Assembly: GCA_963841735.1 (NCBI GenBank)
Contig: CAWJDT010000001.1
Span: forward strand, 736,001-800,000
Reading direction: 5' to 3'
Length of the DNA: 64,000 bases
Source of the DNA: an uncultured Actinomycetes bacterium
GTDB taxonomy: Bacteria > Actinomycetota > Thermoleophilia > RBG-16-64-13
The position numbers and the translations under genes are program-made. Shown in pieces: positions 17,781-29,789 of this stretch (position 1 is its first letter; each line of letters opens with the position of its first letter). The notes below the pieces were generated by a model that did not search any database, was not told the origin of the DNA, and saw only the letters and a list, made by a program, of their open reading frames with translations.

Positions 17781-19016
17781 TTGTCGGTCGATCTGATCAA
17801 CATCGGAGAAGCCAAGGCCCTTGTGCTGGCTGCGGCGGTTCCCCTTTCAGTCGAGTCTCTGGCCCTAGCCCAGGTCCTCGGTATGGTCCTTGCCCAGAAG
17901 ATAGTGGCCGAGCACAATGTGCCCCCCTTTGACAACTCCGCCATGGACGGCTTCGCTGTGCGGGCGGAAGACACAGCCGGCGCGACGGCCGATAGGCCGG
18001 TCCGTCTGGAGATAGTGGAGACGATCGCGGCCGGCGACGTCTCGGGTGTGACTCTCACTTCGGGGCAGGCCGCCCGGATCATGACTGGCGCCCCCGTCCC
18101 CCAAGGCGCCGACGCCGTGGTGCAGTCGGAGGTAACCGAAGAGATCGCAGCCGGGGTCCTAGTGTTTGAGGCCGCAAAGCGGGGGAGGCACATCCGGCGT
18201 GCCGGTGAAGACGTCAAGGCGGGCGACGTGGTGCTTGGTCCGGGAAGTGTGCTCGGACCGCCCGAGATCGGACTGATCGCCAGCCTGGGATATCCGAAGG
18301 TGCAGGTCCACCGGAAGCCACGCGTGGCCATCATCTCTACCGGCAGCGAGTTGGTGGACGTCGACCGGCCGCTTGCCGCCGGCCAGATCCACAACTCCAA
18401 TAGCTACTCGCTCCGTGCTCAATGCCAGCAACTAGGCATCGAGCCTGTCGTGTTCGCAATAGTTGCCGACGATTATGAAGCTACCAAGCGGGCCATGGAG
18501 GAAGGGTTGCGCTACGACGTGCTGCTCACTTCGGGCGGGGTCTCGGTGGGCCGGTTTGATTTCGTCAAAGACGTGCAGGACGAACTCGGCGTCGAGCGGC
18601 GGTTGTGGGGAGTGGCTATGAAGCCGGGGAAACCCGTGGCGTTCGGTGTGTTCGGCCGGACCCTGGTCTTTGGGCTGCCCGGCAACCCGGTGTCGGCTAT
18701 GGTGTCATTCGAGCTGTTCGTGCGGCCGGCTCTACTGAGGCTCATGGGACACCGGCAGGTCGTCCGGCCGCTCCGCAAGGCGGTCGTCGCCGAGGATCTA
18801 TCCAGCGCCGACGGACGAGTCTACGTGGTGCGCGTGAGGGCTTGGCGGGAGGGCAACGTGTGGCATGCCAGTTCCACCGGCCCGCAAGGATCGGGGATCC
18901 TACGTTCGATGGTGGGAGCCAACGGCCTAGTCCTTGTCCCAGGTGGGCAACGGGGAGTGAAGGCGGGTGAGGAGGTCGACCTCCTGCTACTGCGTGAGGA
19001 GCTGGAAGCTGAATGA
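17781..19016 (+). CDS. moeA: Molybdopterin molybdotransferase
   Basis: PPFDNSAMDGFA, RIMTGAPVP, TSGGVSVG, MKPGKP, GLPGNPVS; TTG start after GAGGAG. Confidence 0.95.
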   Translation: MSVDLINIGEAKALVLAAAVPLSVESLALAQVLGMVLAQKIVAEHNVPPFDNSAMDGFAVRAEDTAGATADRPVRLEIVETIAAGDVSGVTLTSGQAARIMTGAPVPQGADAVVQSEVTEEIAAGVLVFEAAKRGRHIRRAGEDVKAGDVVLGPGSVLGPPEIGLIASLGYPKVQVHRKPRVAIISTGSELVDVDRPLAAGQIHNSNSYSLRAQCQQLGIEPVVFAIVADDYEATKRAMEEGLRYDVLLTSGGVSVGRFDFVKDVQDELGVERRLWGVAMKPGKPVAFGVFGRTLVFGLPGNPVSAMVSFELFVRPALLRLMGHRQVVRPLRKAVVAEDLSSADGRVYVVRVRAWREGNVWHASSTGPQGSGILRSMVGANGLVLVPGGQRGVKAGEEVDLLLLREELEAE

Positions 19017-19052
19017 AAGGTGAACGAAGACCTTCGCCGCGCTCCCTCGAGG

Positions 19053-19081
19053 TTGTCGTCGGCGGCGGGTGGGGATACAAT
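19053..19081 (+). promoter_or_regulatory. Sigma70-type promoter
   Basis: TTGTCG-N17-TACAAT. Confidence 0.6.
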
Positions 19082-19087
19082 GATCCA

Positions 19088-19165
19088 GATGAGGAAGTCA
19101 ATTCGACATCGTCGCGGGAGTGGTGCTAGAGGCATATCCGCGCCGATGGTACGGGAGGCTTCGAC
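19088..19165 (+). ncRNA. Unassigned structured leader or sRNA
   Basis: GAAGTC/GGCTTC outer stem enclosing CATCGTCGCGG/CCGCGCCGATG stem, between promoter and terminator. Confidence 0.45.
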
Positions 19166-19200
19166 AGGCCTGGCAGTTAGCACTGCTGGGCTTTTTTTGT
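19166..19200 (+). terminator. Intrinsic terminator upstream of the small HTH gene
   Basis: AGGCCTGGCAGT-TAGC-ACTGCTGGGCTT followed by a T-run. Confidence 0.8.
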
Positions 19201-19253
19201 TCTCTGAGAGTGTTGCGATCCCGGTTTAGTAACTGACCTGGAAAGGAGAACTC

Positions 19254-19439
19254 ATGGCCAACCACTTCACCCCCGAGGAACTGGCAGAAGAATTCGGCAC
19301 GGATGCTCGAGACATCATTCGGATCTGTGTCAGCGAGGGAATCCCCATCTACAAGGGGAAGGTCGACCGCAGTCTTCTGACGGTGGTGATGAAGGCCAAG
19401 GGTGTCCAGCTTGCCCAGACCCAGGTGGCCGCGGTCTAG
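19254..19439 (+). CDS. Small HTH-like protein
   Basis: Strong RBS AAAGGAG; MANHFTPEELAEEFGTDARDIIRIC. Confidence 0.75.
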   Translation: MANHFTPEELAEEFGTDARDIIRICVSEGIPIYKGKVDRSLLTVVMKAKGVQLAQTQVAAV

Positions 19440-21409
19440 GTAGCTGAGAATAGGGCGCGGGCTTCTTCGACAAGCCGCGTCAGTACCGCCTGTCTGGCGG
19501 TCGGATAGCTCGCCCGCGGTGGGATAACAACCGTGGGGGTGTGGGTCGCTTCGAGAAACCAACGCCTCACGGCGAGGAGCGTATCCAGGTCTGGCTGCGG
19601 CACGGCCACCCATGCGCCGGCCCCTTTGGCCGGCCGTACCGTCGGCCCGGTCGCCTGGTCCCACAAGGGCGCAAGCGCCGCCTCGATATCCCGCTCCAGC
19701 GTCGCGGCCTGCAGTGTCACCGGCTCCTGCAGTCGCCCGTTCCACACCACATTCAACCGTACCGACGTAACTTCGCCGTTGACCAGCTGCGGCCAGAGGG
19801 CTGCGAAAGACAGGGCGCGGGCCTCAGACAGGGCGCAGTACGAGCGGCGGACGCAGAGCAGGTGCTCGCACGCCTCCTGTAGGCGCTGGGCTTCTTCGTA
19901 GCGCTTATGCTTGGAGAGGCCGTCTATGAGTTCGTGGGCGCGCTCCACCGGGTTGGGTCGGTTCAAGGGGGTGTCGCCTGCCAACCACCTCACCAGCTCG
20001 ACCACCAGGGCGTCGTGCTGTTTTCGCGTTCGGAGATCGTCTGCGCAGGGTGCCATGCAGTGGCCGGCCTCACCCCGCACGCAGGGTCGGCCGTCGGGAC
20101 GCTGGGGGCACCGGCGGATGGGGTAACAGCGCTGCAGGAGGTCAAGCGCAGCGGCCACCCGCGAGCGTTTGCGGAACGGACCCATGATGAGCGACCCGCC
20201 CCCGGGCGGTTCCAGGTCTTGGCCGGCGGCAAGCCACTTCGGCGGGCGGCTGCTGGCGAACAGGGCGAGGCCGCGGCCGGTGCCGCCGGCCTTGATGTAG
20301 GCGTAGGTCTCTGGTCTGGTGCCGTGGAGATTGCACGAGGGCCGGTGCTCTAAGATGAGCTCCTGTTCCCGCACCACGGCCTCCAGGGGGGTACTGGTCT
20401 CGTCCCACTCGATGCGCTCTACCAGTCTGACAGCGCCGCGCACCTTGCGGCTGAGGGCGGCACTGGCCACGAAGTACGAGCGCACCCGTTCCCCCAGCCG
20501 GTCGGCTTTGCCCACGTATAGGATCTGCCCGTCCTTGTCCAAAAAGCGGTAGGTTCCGGGGGCACGAGGCAGGTCGCGGGTGAGGCACAGTTTCTCGAGT
20601 GTGGGACGGGAAGACGGACTGATGAAGGCGCGGGCTTCACCAAGCCGGGTCACGCCCCGTTCCTGCAGCCGGCCCGCAAGTTGTATGAAGACATGCGCGG
20701 TCGCCCGCGCGTCGCCCAGGGCGCGGTGGCAGGCCAAGCCCGGAGCCCCCATCGCTTCGGCTACCGTGTGCAGCTTGTAGTTGAAGAGGCCCGGCGCCAA
20801 TGCCCGGGCCAAGGGGAGCGTGTCCAGGGCCCCCTCCCCCAGCTTGGTCCCGTTGAGGCGCTGCAGCTCGTAGTTGAGAAAGCCTACGTCGAAGGGGGCG
20901 TTGTGGGCTACGATGACCGCTCCCTTGAGGAACTCGAGCAGCTCGGGAACCACCTCTTCGATGCGGGGAGCATCGGCCACCATCTCCTGGGTGATCCCGG
21001 TTATCTGCGTGATCATGGGCGGAATGGGCCGCATGGGGTTCACCAGAGTGGAGAACTGCGCGACCTCCTGGAAGCCCTCGATGCGCACGGCGCCGATCTC
21101 GGTGATCTTGTTGGCACCCGGCCGGGCACCGGTGGTCTCCAGGTCGAGAGCGACGAACGCCACTTCGGCCAGATCGGGGTCGGGGATCTCCCAATTTCGG
21201 AGGGAGAGCAGTCCGGTGCCGGAATGGTCCCAGTGGAAACGTCGGTCATGGTGGACGAGGGCTGCTAAGATGCCCCGGCACAGCGGCGCCGGCACAGCGC
21301 CGGAGGCCACCAACATTCGGGCCGCCTCGTCGGCGTCCAAAGGCTCTCCTCGCACCAGCAGGGTCTCGTGCAGTTGATCGGCGACCTTTAGAGACAGCTG
21401 CTGTTGCAT
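19436..21409 (-). CDS. DEDD 3'-5' exonuclease fused to UvrC-like GIY-YIG domain (Rv2191-like)
   Basis: ALDLETTG, AHNAPFD, HRALGDA; PGTYRFLDKDGQILYVGKA. Confidence 0.88.
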   Translation of the reverse strand: MQQQLSLKVADQLHETLLVRGEPLDADEAARMLVASGAVPAPLCRGILAALVHHDRRFHWDHSGTGLLSLRNWEIPDPDLAEVAFVALDLETTGARPGANKITEIGAVRIEGFQEVAQFSTLVNPMRPIPPMITQITGITQEMVADAPRIEEVVPELLEFLKGAVIVAHNAPFDVGFLNYELQRLNGTKLGEGALDTLPLARALAPGLFNYKLHTVAEAMGAPGLACHRALGDARATAHVFIQLAGRLQERGVTRLGEARAFISPSSRPTLEKLCLTRDLPRAPGTYRFLDKDGQILYVGKADRLGERVRSYFVASAALSRKVRGAVRLVERIEWDETSTPLEAVVREQELILEHRPSCNLHGTRPETYAYIKAGGTGRGLALFASSRPPKWLAAGQDLEPPGGGSLIMGPFRKRSRVAAALDLLQRCYPIRRCPQRPDGRPCVRGEAGHCMAPCADDLRTRKQHDALVVELVRWLAGDTPLNRPNPVERAHELIDGLSKHKRYEEAQRLQEACEHLLCVRRSYCALSEARALSFAALWPQLVNGEVTSVRLNVVWNGRLQEPVTLQAATLERDIEAALAPLWDQATGPTVRPAKGAGAWVAVPQPDLDTLLAVRRWFLEATHTPTVVIPPRASYPTARQAVLTRLVEEARALFSAT

Positions 21410-21524
21410 AGGTGGCTGGCTAGATAGGCCAACAAACGGGTTTCCTTGAAAAGGGCAAGCGCATCCTGGACAATACTAGCACCCTGGACCCGGGGAAGGC
21501 CGGTGTGGCCGGAGAGGGGTAGAA

Positions 21525-21953
21525 ATGCTGAACAGAACTGAGATAGAGGCGATCCTGCCCCATCGGGACCCTTTCTTGATGATCGATCGGGTGACGGAGT
21601 TGGAGCCTGGTGAGTATGCTGTGGCCGAGAAGGATATCTTGGCCACCGATGACGTGTTCCGGGGCCATTTCCCCGGACATCCGGTGTTTCCGGGAGTCCT
21701 TCAGTTGGAGGCCCTGGCGCAGACGGGCGCCGTCGCGGTGCTGTCCCGACCGGAGTCCAAAGGCAAGCTTGTCCTGTTCGCCCGAGTTGATGACGTGCGC
21801 TTTCGGCGCCCGGTAGTGCCCGGCGACACTCTGCGTCTCGAGATGCGTCTCACTGCCACCCGCGGATCTATCGGCAAGGGCGAGGGCAAGGCCTTCGTCG
21901 GATCGGAATTGGTCTGCAGCGGCGTTCTTACCTTCGCGGTAGCCGAGCCATAA
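21525..21953 (+). CDS. fabZ: 3-hydroxyacyl-ACP dehydratase
   Basis: LPHRDPFLMIDRV, GHFPGHPVFPGVLQLEALAQ. Confidence 0.95.
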   Translation: MLNRTEIEAILPHRDPFLMIDRVTELEPGEYAVAEKDILATDDVFRGHFPGHPVFPGVLQLEALAQTGAVAVLSRPESKGKLVLFARVDDVRFRRPVVPGDTLRLEMRLTATRGSIGKGEGKAFVGSELVCSGVLTFAVAEP

Positions 21954-21954
21954 T

Positions 21955-23041
21955 ATGTCCAGCAAAATAGCGTCTCCCCTGTTGGGGAGGCCTGTCACCA
22001 TCACCGGCCTGGGCGCTCACGTGCCCGAGAAGGTCGTCACCAACGACGATCTTGCGGCCGTGCTCGACACCTCCGACGAGTGGATAAGACAGCGCACCGG
22101 CATCGGGGAGAGGCGAGTCGCGGCTGAGGGCCTAAGCTCGTCGGATCTGGGCATCATCGCGGCCAGGGCGGCACTGATCGACGCCGGGCCTCGCCCCCGA
22201 CAGCGTCGACCTGGTAATCACCGCCACCATCTCGCCCGACCGGCTCATGCCTGCGACGGCCGCCCGAATCGCCCTCGAGTGCGGCTGCGGCAACGCCGGG
22301 GCCTACGACCTGTCGGCCGGTTGCACCGGCTTTGTCTACGCGCTCGCGATGGCCACGGGGGTGGTGGCGAGCGGCTTTCACGACAATGTCCTGGTGGTGG
22401 GGGCCGAGGCCATATCTCGCATGCTCGACTGGGAGGATCGTTCGACCGCCGTGCTATTCGGCGACGGCGCTGGGGCCGCTGTGGTATCGGCGTGGGGCGG
22501 GGGCGGCGGTGTCCAGCCGGCAACTCCGGCCGGAAGTGCGGCTCCGCGGGGTATCCTGGGTTTCGATCTGGGCGGCGACGGGTCCGGCGAGGAGTTCCTG
22601 CTGGTCCCCGCGGGCGGATCCAAGCTGCCTGCCTCGTACGCCACGGTGGAAGCCCGGCAACACTTCATGAAGATGAACGGCAGCGAGGTCTACAAGTTCG
22701 CCACACGAGTGATCGTGCAGTCGGCGCGCCGGGTGCTTGAGCGGTGTGGACGTGATATCTCCGAGGTCGACCTCTTCGTGCCGCATCAGGCCAACCTGCG
22801 CATCATCGACGCCGCGGTCAAGAAACTTGGCATCGGTGCGGAGAAGGTGTATACGAATCTGCAGAAGTACGGCAACACTTCCTGTGCTTCTATCCCGCTG
22901 TGTCTGAGCGGCGCCCGGGCGGAAGGGCGGCTCAAGGACGGAGACCTGGTTCTGCTCATGGGTTTCGGCGCGGGACTGACTTGGGGAGCATGCTTGATGG
23001 AATGGGGCCGCGCTGCAGGCGCGGACGGTATAGGAGGCTGA
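21955..23041 (+). CDS. fabH: Beta-ketoacyl-ACP synthase III, +1 frameshift near 22187
   Basis: DTSDEWIRQRTGI; SAGCTGF, LFGDGAGA, PHQAN, YGNTS, GFGAGLTWG. Confidence 0.9.
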
Positions 23042-23042
23042 C

Positions 23043-23985
23043 TTGGGAGGATCACTCGCACTGTTCCCCGGCCAGGGGAGTCAAGCGGCGGGTATGGCCG
23101 AGCACTTGTGGGATTTCCCCGTGGCGCGGGCGGCTTTCGCCGAAGCGGAGGAGGTGCTGGGTTGGGACGTGGGCGAGCTTTGCCGCCATGGTTCCATGGA
23201 GGAGCTCACCCGTACCGACCGGACCCAGCTCACGATACTCACCTGCAGCGTGGCCACCTGGAGGGTTCTGGAAGAAAAGGGCGCCTCTTTCGTGGTGGCG
23301 GCGGGCCACTCTCTCGGTGAGTACTCGGCCCTGGTTGCTACCGGCCACATGAGTTTCGCCGACGCCCTCCGGGTGGTGGACGTGCGGGGCCGGGGCATGC
23401 AGGCGTGTGCCGAGCAACGCGGAGGGACTATGGCCGCTATCATCGGGCTGGACACCGAGGTGCTCGAAGAAGCCTGCTCCTCGCTTTCGGACGTCTGGTT
23501 TGCCAACTACAACTCTCCAGGGCAGCTGGTGATCTCGGGCGCGGTGGAGGCGGTGCGCGCTGCCGGCGAGCTGGCTACGGCGAAGGGCGCGAAGAGGGTG
23601 TTGCCTCTCGCTGTCTCGGGCGCGTTCCACACGCCGCTTATGGCAGGAGCGGCCGAAGCCCTCGCCAAGGCGCTCGACCAGGTTCGACTTCATGCAAGGC
23701 GCGCGAAGCTTCTTCTCCACCACTGAGCTGAGCTACCCCGAACCGGAGGAACTGGCCGGGGTGCTCGCGAGACAGTTGATGTCGCCGGTGAAGTTCATGC
23801 AGAGCATGGAAGCTCTGCTGGGCGCCGCCGACGCTCCGGTCGAGGGGTTGGAGATGGGTCCGGGCGCCATTCTGACGGGGCTCATGAAGCGGATCGCCCG
23901 CGATTTCCCCATGGCATCCACCGGAGACGCCGAGTCGCTGCGAAAGGCCCTGGAGGCCGTTGAACAGACTGGGGGAGCACTGTGA
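23043..23985 (+). CDS. fabD: Malonyl-CoA:ACP transacylase, +1 frameshift near 23684
   Basis: FPGQGSQ, GHSLGEY, VSGAFH; C-terminus QLMSPVKF...EMGPG in the next frame. Confidence 0.9.
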
Positions 23986-24737
23986 CCGATATGAACGCTC
24001 CGCTGGCCGATCGGGTGGCGCTTGTCACCGGTGGAGCTAGGGGTATTGGGAGGGCCATCGCCCTGCGGTTGGCGGCAGATGGGGCCAAAGTGGGCATCAT
24101 CGACCTGGCCGATAGCGGCGCCGAGACCGCCCGGGAGGTTGAGAAGGGGAGCGGACGGGCTGCCACCTTCTTCAAAGCCGACATCTCCAAAGAGGCAGAG
24201 GCAAAGGCGGCCGTCGCGGCCGTGGAAGCAGCGTTGGGGCCGGTGGACATCCTCATCAACAACGCCGGCATCACCCGTGACGGACTGATGCTGGTCATGG
24301 ACGAGGCCGACTGGGACGCGGTGCTCACCGTGAATCTCAAAGGTGCGTTCGTCATGACCAAGGCGGTGCTGCGCGGCATGATCAAGCGCCGCAGCGGTTC
24401 CATCGTGAGCATCTCCAGCGTGGTAGGCCGGCGGGGCAATGCCGGTCAGGTCAACTACTCGGCGGCCAAGGCGGGCCTTATCGGCCTGACCAAGTCGCTC
24501 GCCAAAGAGGTGGGTTCGCGCAACGTCCGGGTCAACGCCGTCGCACCCGGATACATTGAGACAGAGATGACGGCCGCGTTGGGCGAAGCGGCCCGTAACG
24601 CCTTGATCAGTCAGATCCCGCTCGGCCGGATCGGCTCACCCGAAGGGGTGGCCGACGCGGTGGCCTTCTTGGCGGGCGATTCGGCCTCGTTCATCACCGG
24701 CGCGGTCCTTGCGATCGACGGCGGACTTGGTATCTAG
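23982..24737 (+). CDS. fabG: 3-oxoacyl-ACP reductase
   Basis: TGGARGIG, NNAGITRD, NYSAAKAG. Confidence 0.95.
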   Translation: MTDMNAPLADRVALVTGGARGIGRAIALRLAADGAKVGIIDLADSGAETAREVEKGSGRAATFFKADISKEAEAKAAVAAVEAALGPVDILINNAGITRDGLMLVMDEADWDAVLTVNLKGAFVMTKAVLRGMIKRRSGSIVSISSVVGRRGNAGQVNYSAAKAGLIGLTKSLAKEVGSRNVRVNAVAPGYIETEMTAALGEAARNALISQIPLGRIGSPEGVADAVAFLAGDSASFITGAVLAIDGGLGI

Positions 24738-24753
24738 TGGGGGGAGGAGGTAG

Positions 24754-26021
24754 GTGTTGACCACGAAACCCAGGACCATCGAGTACAAGAGGGTGGTTGT
24801 GACCGGCGTGGGCGTTGTGTCGCCCATCGGCATCGGCAAGGAGCCATTCCTCGAATCGCTGCTGGCCGGCCGTTCGGGCGTGAGGCTCATTGAGCGCTTC
24901 GACACCACGGACTATCCGGTGAAGATCGCGGCCGAGATGCGCGACTTTCGATCCCGTGACCTATATCGATAAGAAGTTGGCCAAGCGGATGGACCGCTTT
25001 GCTCAGTATGGGGCGGCGGCCGCTGTAATTGCCCGGGAGGACTCCGGATATCCCATCGAAGAAGACCCGTACGCGGTCGGGGCCTTGATCGCTTCGGGGG
25101 TGGGAGGCTTGGATACTTTCTACGAGCAGATCGGGATCCTTTACGAGAAGGGCCCCACCAGGGTCAGCCCCTTCTTTATCCCCATGATAATCGCGAATAT
25201 GGCCGCGGCCACCAGCTCGATCATTCTGGGTCTGCAGGGCCCGGTCAGCGCTACCTGCACGGCCTGCGCGGCCTCGACCAACGCTCTGGGCGACGCCTTC
25301 TCTATGATCAGACGGGGGGACGCCACCGCCATGTTCGCCGGCGGCGCCGAGGCGGCCGTGAACCAGGTGGGCATGTCGGCCTTCGCGGCCCTGCGGGCGC
25401 TCTCTACCCGCAACGATGAGCCCGAGAAGGCCAGCCGTCCCTTCGACTGCGGGGCGCGACGGTTTTGTGATGGGCGAGGGCGGCGGGGTGTTGGTCCTAG
25501 AAGAGTTGGAGCACGCCCTCAAACGCGGCGCTCACATCTACGCCGAGATCTGTGGATACGGCATGACGGGCGATGCCTCGCATCTCACCGAACCAGTCGA
25601 GAGCGGAGAGCCGGCCGGCTTGGCTATCAAGAGGGCCCTGCGCGATGCACAGATCGACCCCTCGGAAGTGGACTACATCAACGCTCACGGCACCTCCACC
25701 CCTCTGGGAGACGCCATGGAGACCAACGCCCTCAAGGTGGCCTTCGGCGACCATGCCTACAAGTTGATGATCAGCTCCAACAAGAGCATGTTCGGTCACT
25801 GTCTTGGCGCGGCCGGGGCGCTCGAGGCCGCGGCCACGGTGCTGTCGATGGAGGCCGGCAAGGTGATCCCCACTATCAACCTGGTGGATCCCGATCCGGC
25901 TTGCGACCTCGATTACGTGCCCAACGTCGCCAGGGATGCGCAGGTGAACGTGGCTGTGTCCAACAGCTTCGGCTTTGGTGGTCACAACGCCAGCATAGTG
26001 TTCCGCAGGTGGAATGGCTAA
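24754..26021 (+). CDS. fabF: Beta-ketoacyl-ACP synthase II, +1 frameshifts near 24947 and 25452
   Basis: RVVVTGVG; TACAAS; [14 protein letters not shown]; NAHGTST; [10 protein letters not shown]. Confidence 0.9.
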
Positions 26022-26855
26022 GTACGTAACCATACAGGTCACCCGCAGGGAGCCGCCGCCTGGGCCGGAGGCGCCGGGCGAGCACTGCAAGAAGTGCAAT
26101 GCCGCTCTGCAGCCGGGCGATCTTGCGCAGAATCTGCGCGTGTGTCCGCACTGCGCCTACCACTACCCGCTGCCGACCCGCGAGCGAGTGGCGCAACTTG
26201 CCGACAAAGGCACCGCCACCTTCATCGCCGAGGAACTGCGAGCGGCCGACCCGCTGGAGTTCGTCGATCTCAAGCCCTACCCCGAGCGGATGTCGGAGGC
26301 GCATGGCCCAGACCGGCCTCACCGAGGCCTTTCTAGCGGTGCTTTGCGACATCGCCGGCCGGCCGGCCGCGCTGGGGGTGCTCGACTTCAAGTTCCAGGG
26401 CGGATCCATGGGCTCGGTGGTGGGAGAGCGCTTCTGCCGACTGGCGCTGGCCGCGGTCGAGCAACGGCGGCCCATGGTGGTCGTGGCAGCCTCGGGCGGC
26501 GCCCGCATGCAGGAGGGGCTGTTCTCGCTCATGCAGATGGCGAAGACCGTTGTCGCGGTGCAGCTGTTGGCCGAAGCCGGTCTGCCCTACATCACTATCC
26601 TCACTCATCCCACAACGGGAGGCGTGTTCGCGAGCTTCGCCACGGTGGCCGACATCATCCTGGCCGAGCCAGGAGCGGTGATGAGTTTCGCCGGGGCGCG
26701 GGTGATCGAGCAGACCACGCGGGAGAAGCTGCCTCCCGACTTCGGCTCGTCGGAGTCGCAGCTTGCCCACGGGCAGGTGGACATGGTGGTGGATCGCAGG
26801 CAGCTCAAAGAGAAGCTGGCGCAATCTCTCTACTTCTTGGCGGGAGGTGAGGTCG

Positions 26856-26863
<8 letters not shown>
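26014..26863 (+). CDS. accD: Acetyl-CoA carboxyltransferase beta subunit, +1 frameshift near 26302
   Basis: CKKC...CPHC zinc finger; [25 protein letters not shown]. Confidence 0.9.
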
Positions 26864-27661
<798 letters not shown>

Positions 27662-27677
<16 letters not shown>

Positions 27678-28165
27678 TCCAAGTAGGGCAGCCAGGCCTC
27701 GGGTACCGCGCGCTGTGCAGCCAAGACGAAGTCACCCGGCAGTGGGGGCCGCGGTTTGCGCGAGGGTGACATCCCCACCTCCGAAGGCAGGCAGGCTCCT
27801 TTGCGCACATTGCAGGGTGCGCACGAGGTGACCACGTTGTCCCAGGAAGTAAGGCCACCCCGACTCCGGGGCACGATGTGGTCGAGCGTCAGATGGCGGG
27901 AGCTGCCGCAGTACTGGCAGCGGAAACCATCTCTGGCAAGAATCGCCCTCCGGGACAGCCGGCGTCCTTCGGCGCGGGGCAGGCGCACATAGTGCAGGAG
28001 CTTGATCACTACAGGGATCGCGACCGCGGCGCGCTCAGAGTGGAAGACGCCCCCGGAGGTTTCCACAGTCTCGGCCCTGCCTTTGAGCAGCAGCACCACA
28101 GCCCGGCGGGCCGAGCAAACATTCACCGGTTCGTAGGTCGAATTCAGGACCAGTACCTGGCGCAC
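27662..28165 (-). CDS. HNH endonuclease
   Basis: VLVLNSTYEP...RDGFRCQYCG...TLDHIVPRSRGG...CAPCNVRKG. Confidence 0.9.
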
Positions 28166-28268
28166 AGTTCACCCCCCGATGCTCTGTTGGCCATATTCTA
28201 GCCAATTGTCGCGGTTGTGAATGGAAGGGTGCCCGTGCCACCTCTTGGGGCACTGCTAGAATGCGCGT

Positions 28269-29621
28269 ATGCCCGAGCATGATCTGTTCCACTCCGGCCT
28301 GATGGCCGATCTCTCCGAGAACGCGCCGCTGGCGGCGCGCATGCGGCCGCGGCGTATAGGCGAGGTGGTGGGGCAGTCCCAACTGCTGGCGGAGGGGGCG
28401 TCGCTTCGGGTGGCCATTGAGACCGGCACCGTCGGCTCGATGATCTTCTTCGGGCCCCCCGGCACGGGCAAGACCACGGTGGCGCGCCTGGTGGCCGCCG
28501 AGACCGGGTCGGCGTACGAGGAACTCTCCGCCGTCAGCTCTGGGGTGGCTGAGGTTCGTAAGGTGATCGAGGGAGCTCGGGACCGGCGTGCGCAGACCGG
28601 CCGGCGCACGGTGCTCTTCATTGATGAGATCCACCGCTTCTCGAAGGCTCAGCAGGACGCGCTCCTTCATGCCGTTGAGGACGGAATCATCAATCTGATC
28701 GGCGCCTCCACCGAAAACCCCTACTTCGAGGTCATCCCGGCCCTGATCTCCCGGTGCGAGTTGTATCAGTTCCAGCCGCTGTCGTCCGCCGACATCTGCG
28801 TCTTGCTGGAGCGGGCTCTGGCGGCGGGCGCGGGCGCCGCGACGGGCTCTGCGGGGATCACAGTCGATGACGCAGCGTTGGCCTTGATAGCCGAAGGGGC
28901 TCTGGGGGACGCCAGGCGGGCCTTTGGCATCCTGGAGCGTGGATTGGTACTGGCTCGGGCGAAGGGCGGGGCTCGGCTGGATGAAGTCACCATCCAGGAA
29001 GCCGCTCAGAAGAAGCTGGTTCTCTACGACAAGGACGCCGACGCTCACTACGACGTGATCTCGGCCTTCATCAAGAGCCTGCGGGGTTCCGATCCCGACG
29101 CCGCCCTCTACTACCTGGCCGTGATGCTTACAGGCGGTGAAGACCCCAAGTTCATCGTTCGACGCCTCATCATCTTCGCCTCGGAGGACATCGGCAACGC
29201 CGATCCACGAGCCCTTGATGTGGCGGTGGCGGTGTCGCGCGCAGTGGAGTTCGTGGGTCTTCCCGAGTGTCGTATCAACCTGGCTCAGGGGGTCACATAT
29301 CTCGCGTGCGCGCCCAAGTCGAACGCCTCGTACGCCGGAATCACTGCGGCTCTGAGCGAGGTGGAGGAGCACGGTGCCCAGGCGCCCCCTGTCTTTCTGC
29401 GTAGCACGGGCTACTCGGGGGCCAAGAGCTTGGGGCATGGCGTGGGGTATGACTACCCCCACGACCAAGGGGGGTACGGTCCACAGCGCTATCTGCCCGA
29501 GGGGGTTGCCGACAGGGAGTTCTACCGGCCGACGGATCAAGGATTCGAGGGACGCATCAGTGAGTTCCTAGGTCGGATGCGCAGGCTCCGGCGAGATGGC
29601 GAGCGGGCTCCAGATTCCTGA
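28269..29621 (+). CDS. rarA: Replication-associated recombination protein A (RarA/MgsA)
   Basis: PLAARMRP, GPPGTGKTT, FIDEIHRFSKAQQD, ISAFIKSLRGSDPDAA. Confidence 0.95.
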   Translation: MPEHDLFHSGLMADLSENAPLAARMRPRRIGEVVGQSQLLAEGASLRVAIETGTVGSMIFFGPPGTGKTTVARLVAAETGSAYEELSAVSSGVAEVRKVIEGARDRRAQTGRRTVLFIDEIHRFSKAQQDALLHAVEDGIINLIGASTENPYFEVIPALISRCELYQFQPLSSADICVLLERALAAGAGAATGSAGITVDDAALALIAEGALGDARRAFGILERGLVLARAKGGARLDEVTIQEAAQKKLVLYDKDADAHYDVISAFIKSLRGSDPDAALYYLAVMLTGGEDPKFIVRRLIIFASEDIGNADPRALDVAVAVSRAVEFVGLPECRINLAQGVTYLACAPKSNASYAGITAALSEVEEHGAQAPPVFLRSTGYSGAKSLGHGVGYDYPHDQGGYGPQRYLPEGVADREFYRPTDQGFEGRISEFLGRMRRLRRDGERAPDS

Positions 29622-29628
29622 GCCGAAA

Positions 29629-29655
29629 TCAAGGTTCGGGCACTCCCGCCGATAC
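29629..29655 (+). promoter_or_regulatory. Sigma-28-type promoter
   Basis: TCAA-N15-GCCGATAC. Confidence 0.6.
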
Positions 29656-29789
29656 TAACTTCATAGTGACCGAGCCTGCCGCCGCCCAATCGATGGCGGA
29701 GACGGGCAGGAAGCTCGTAGATGGGGGTAGAATTAGTCTGTTGCGGCTACTCTAGCCGCGAGAGAAAGGTGCTAAGGAAGGGAATCGCG

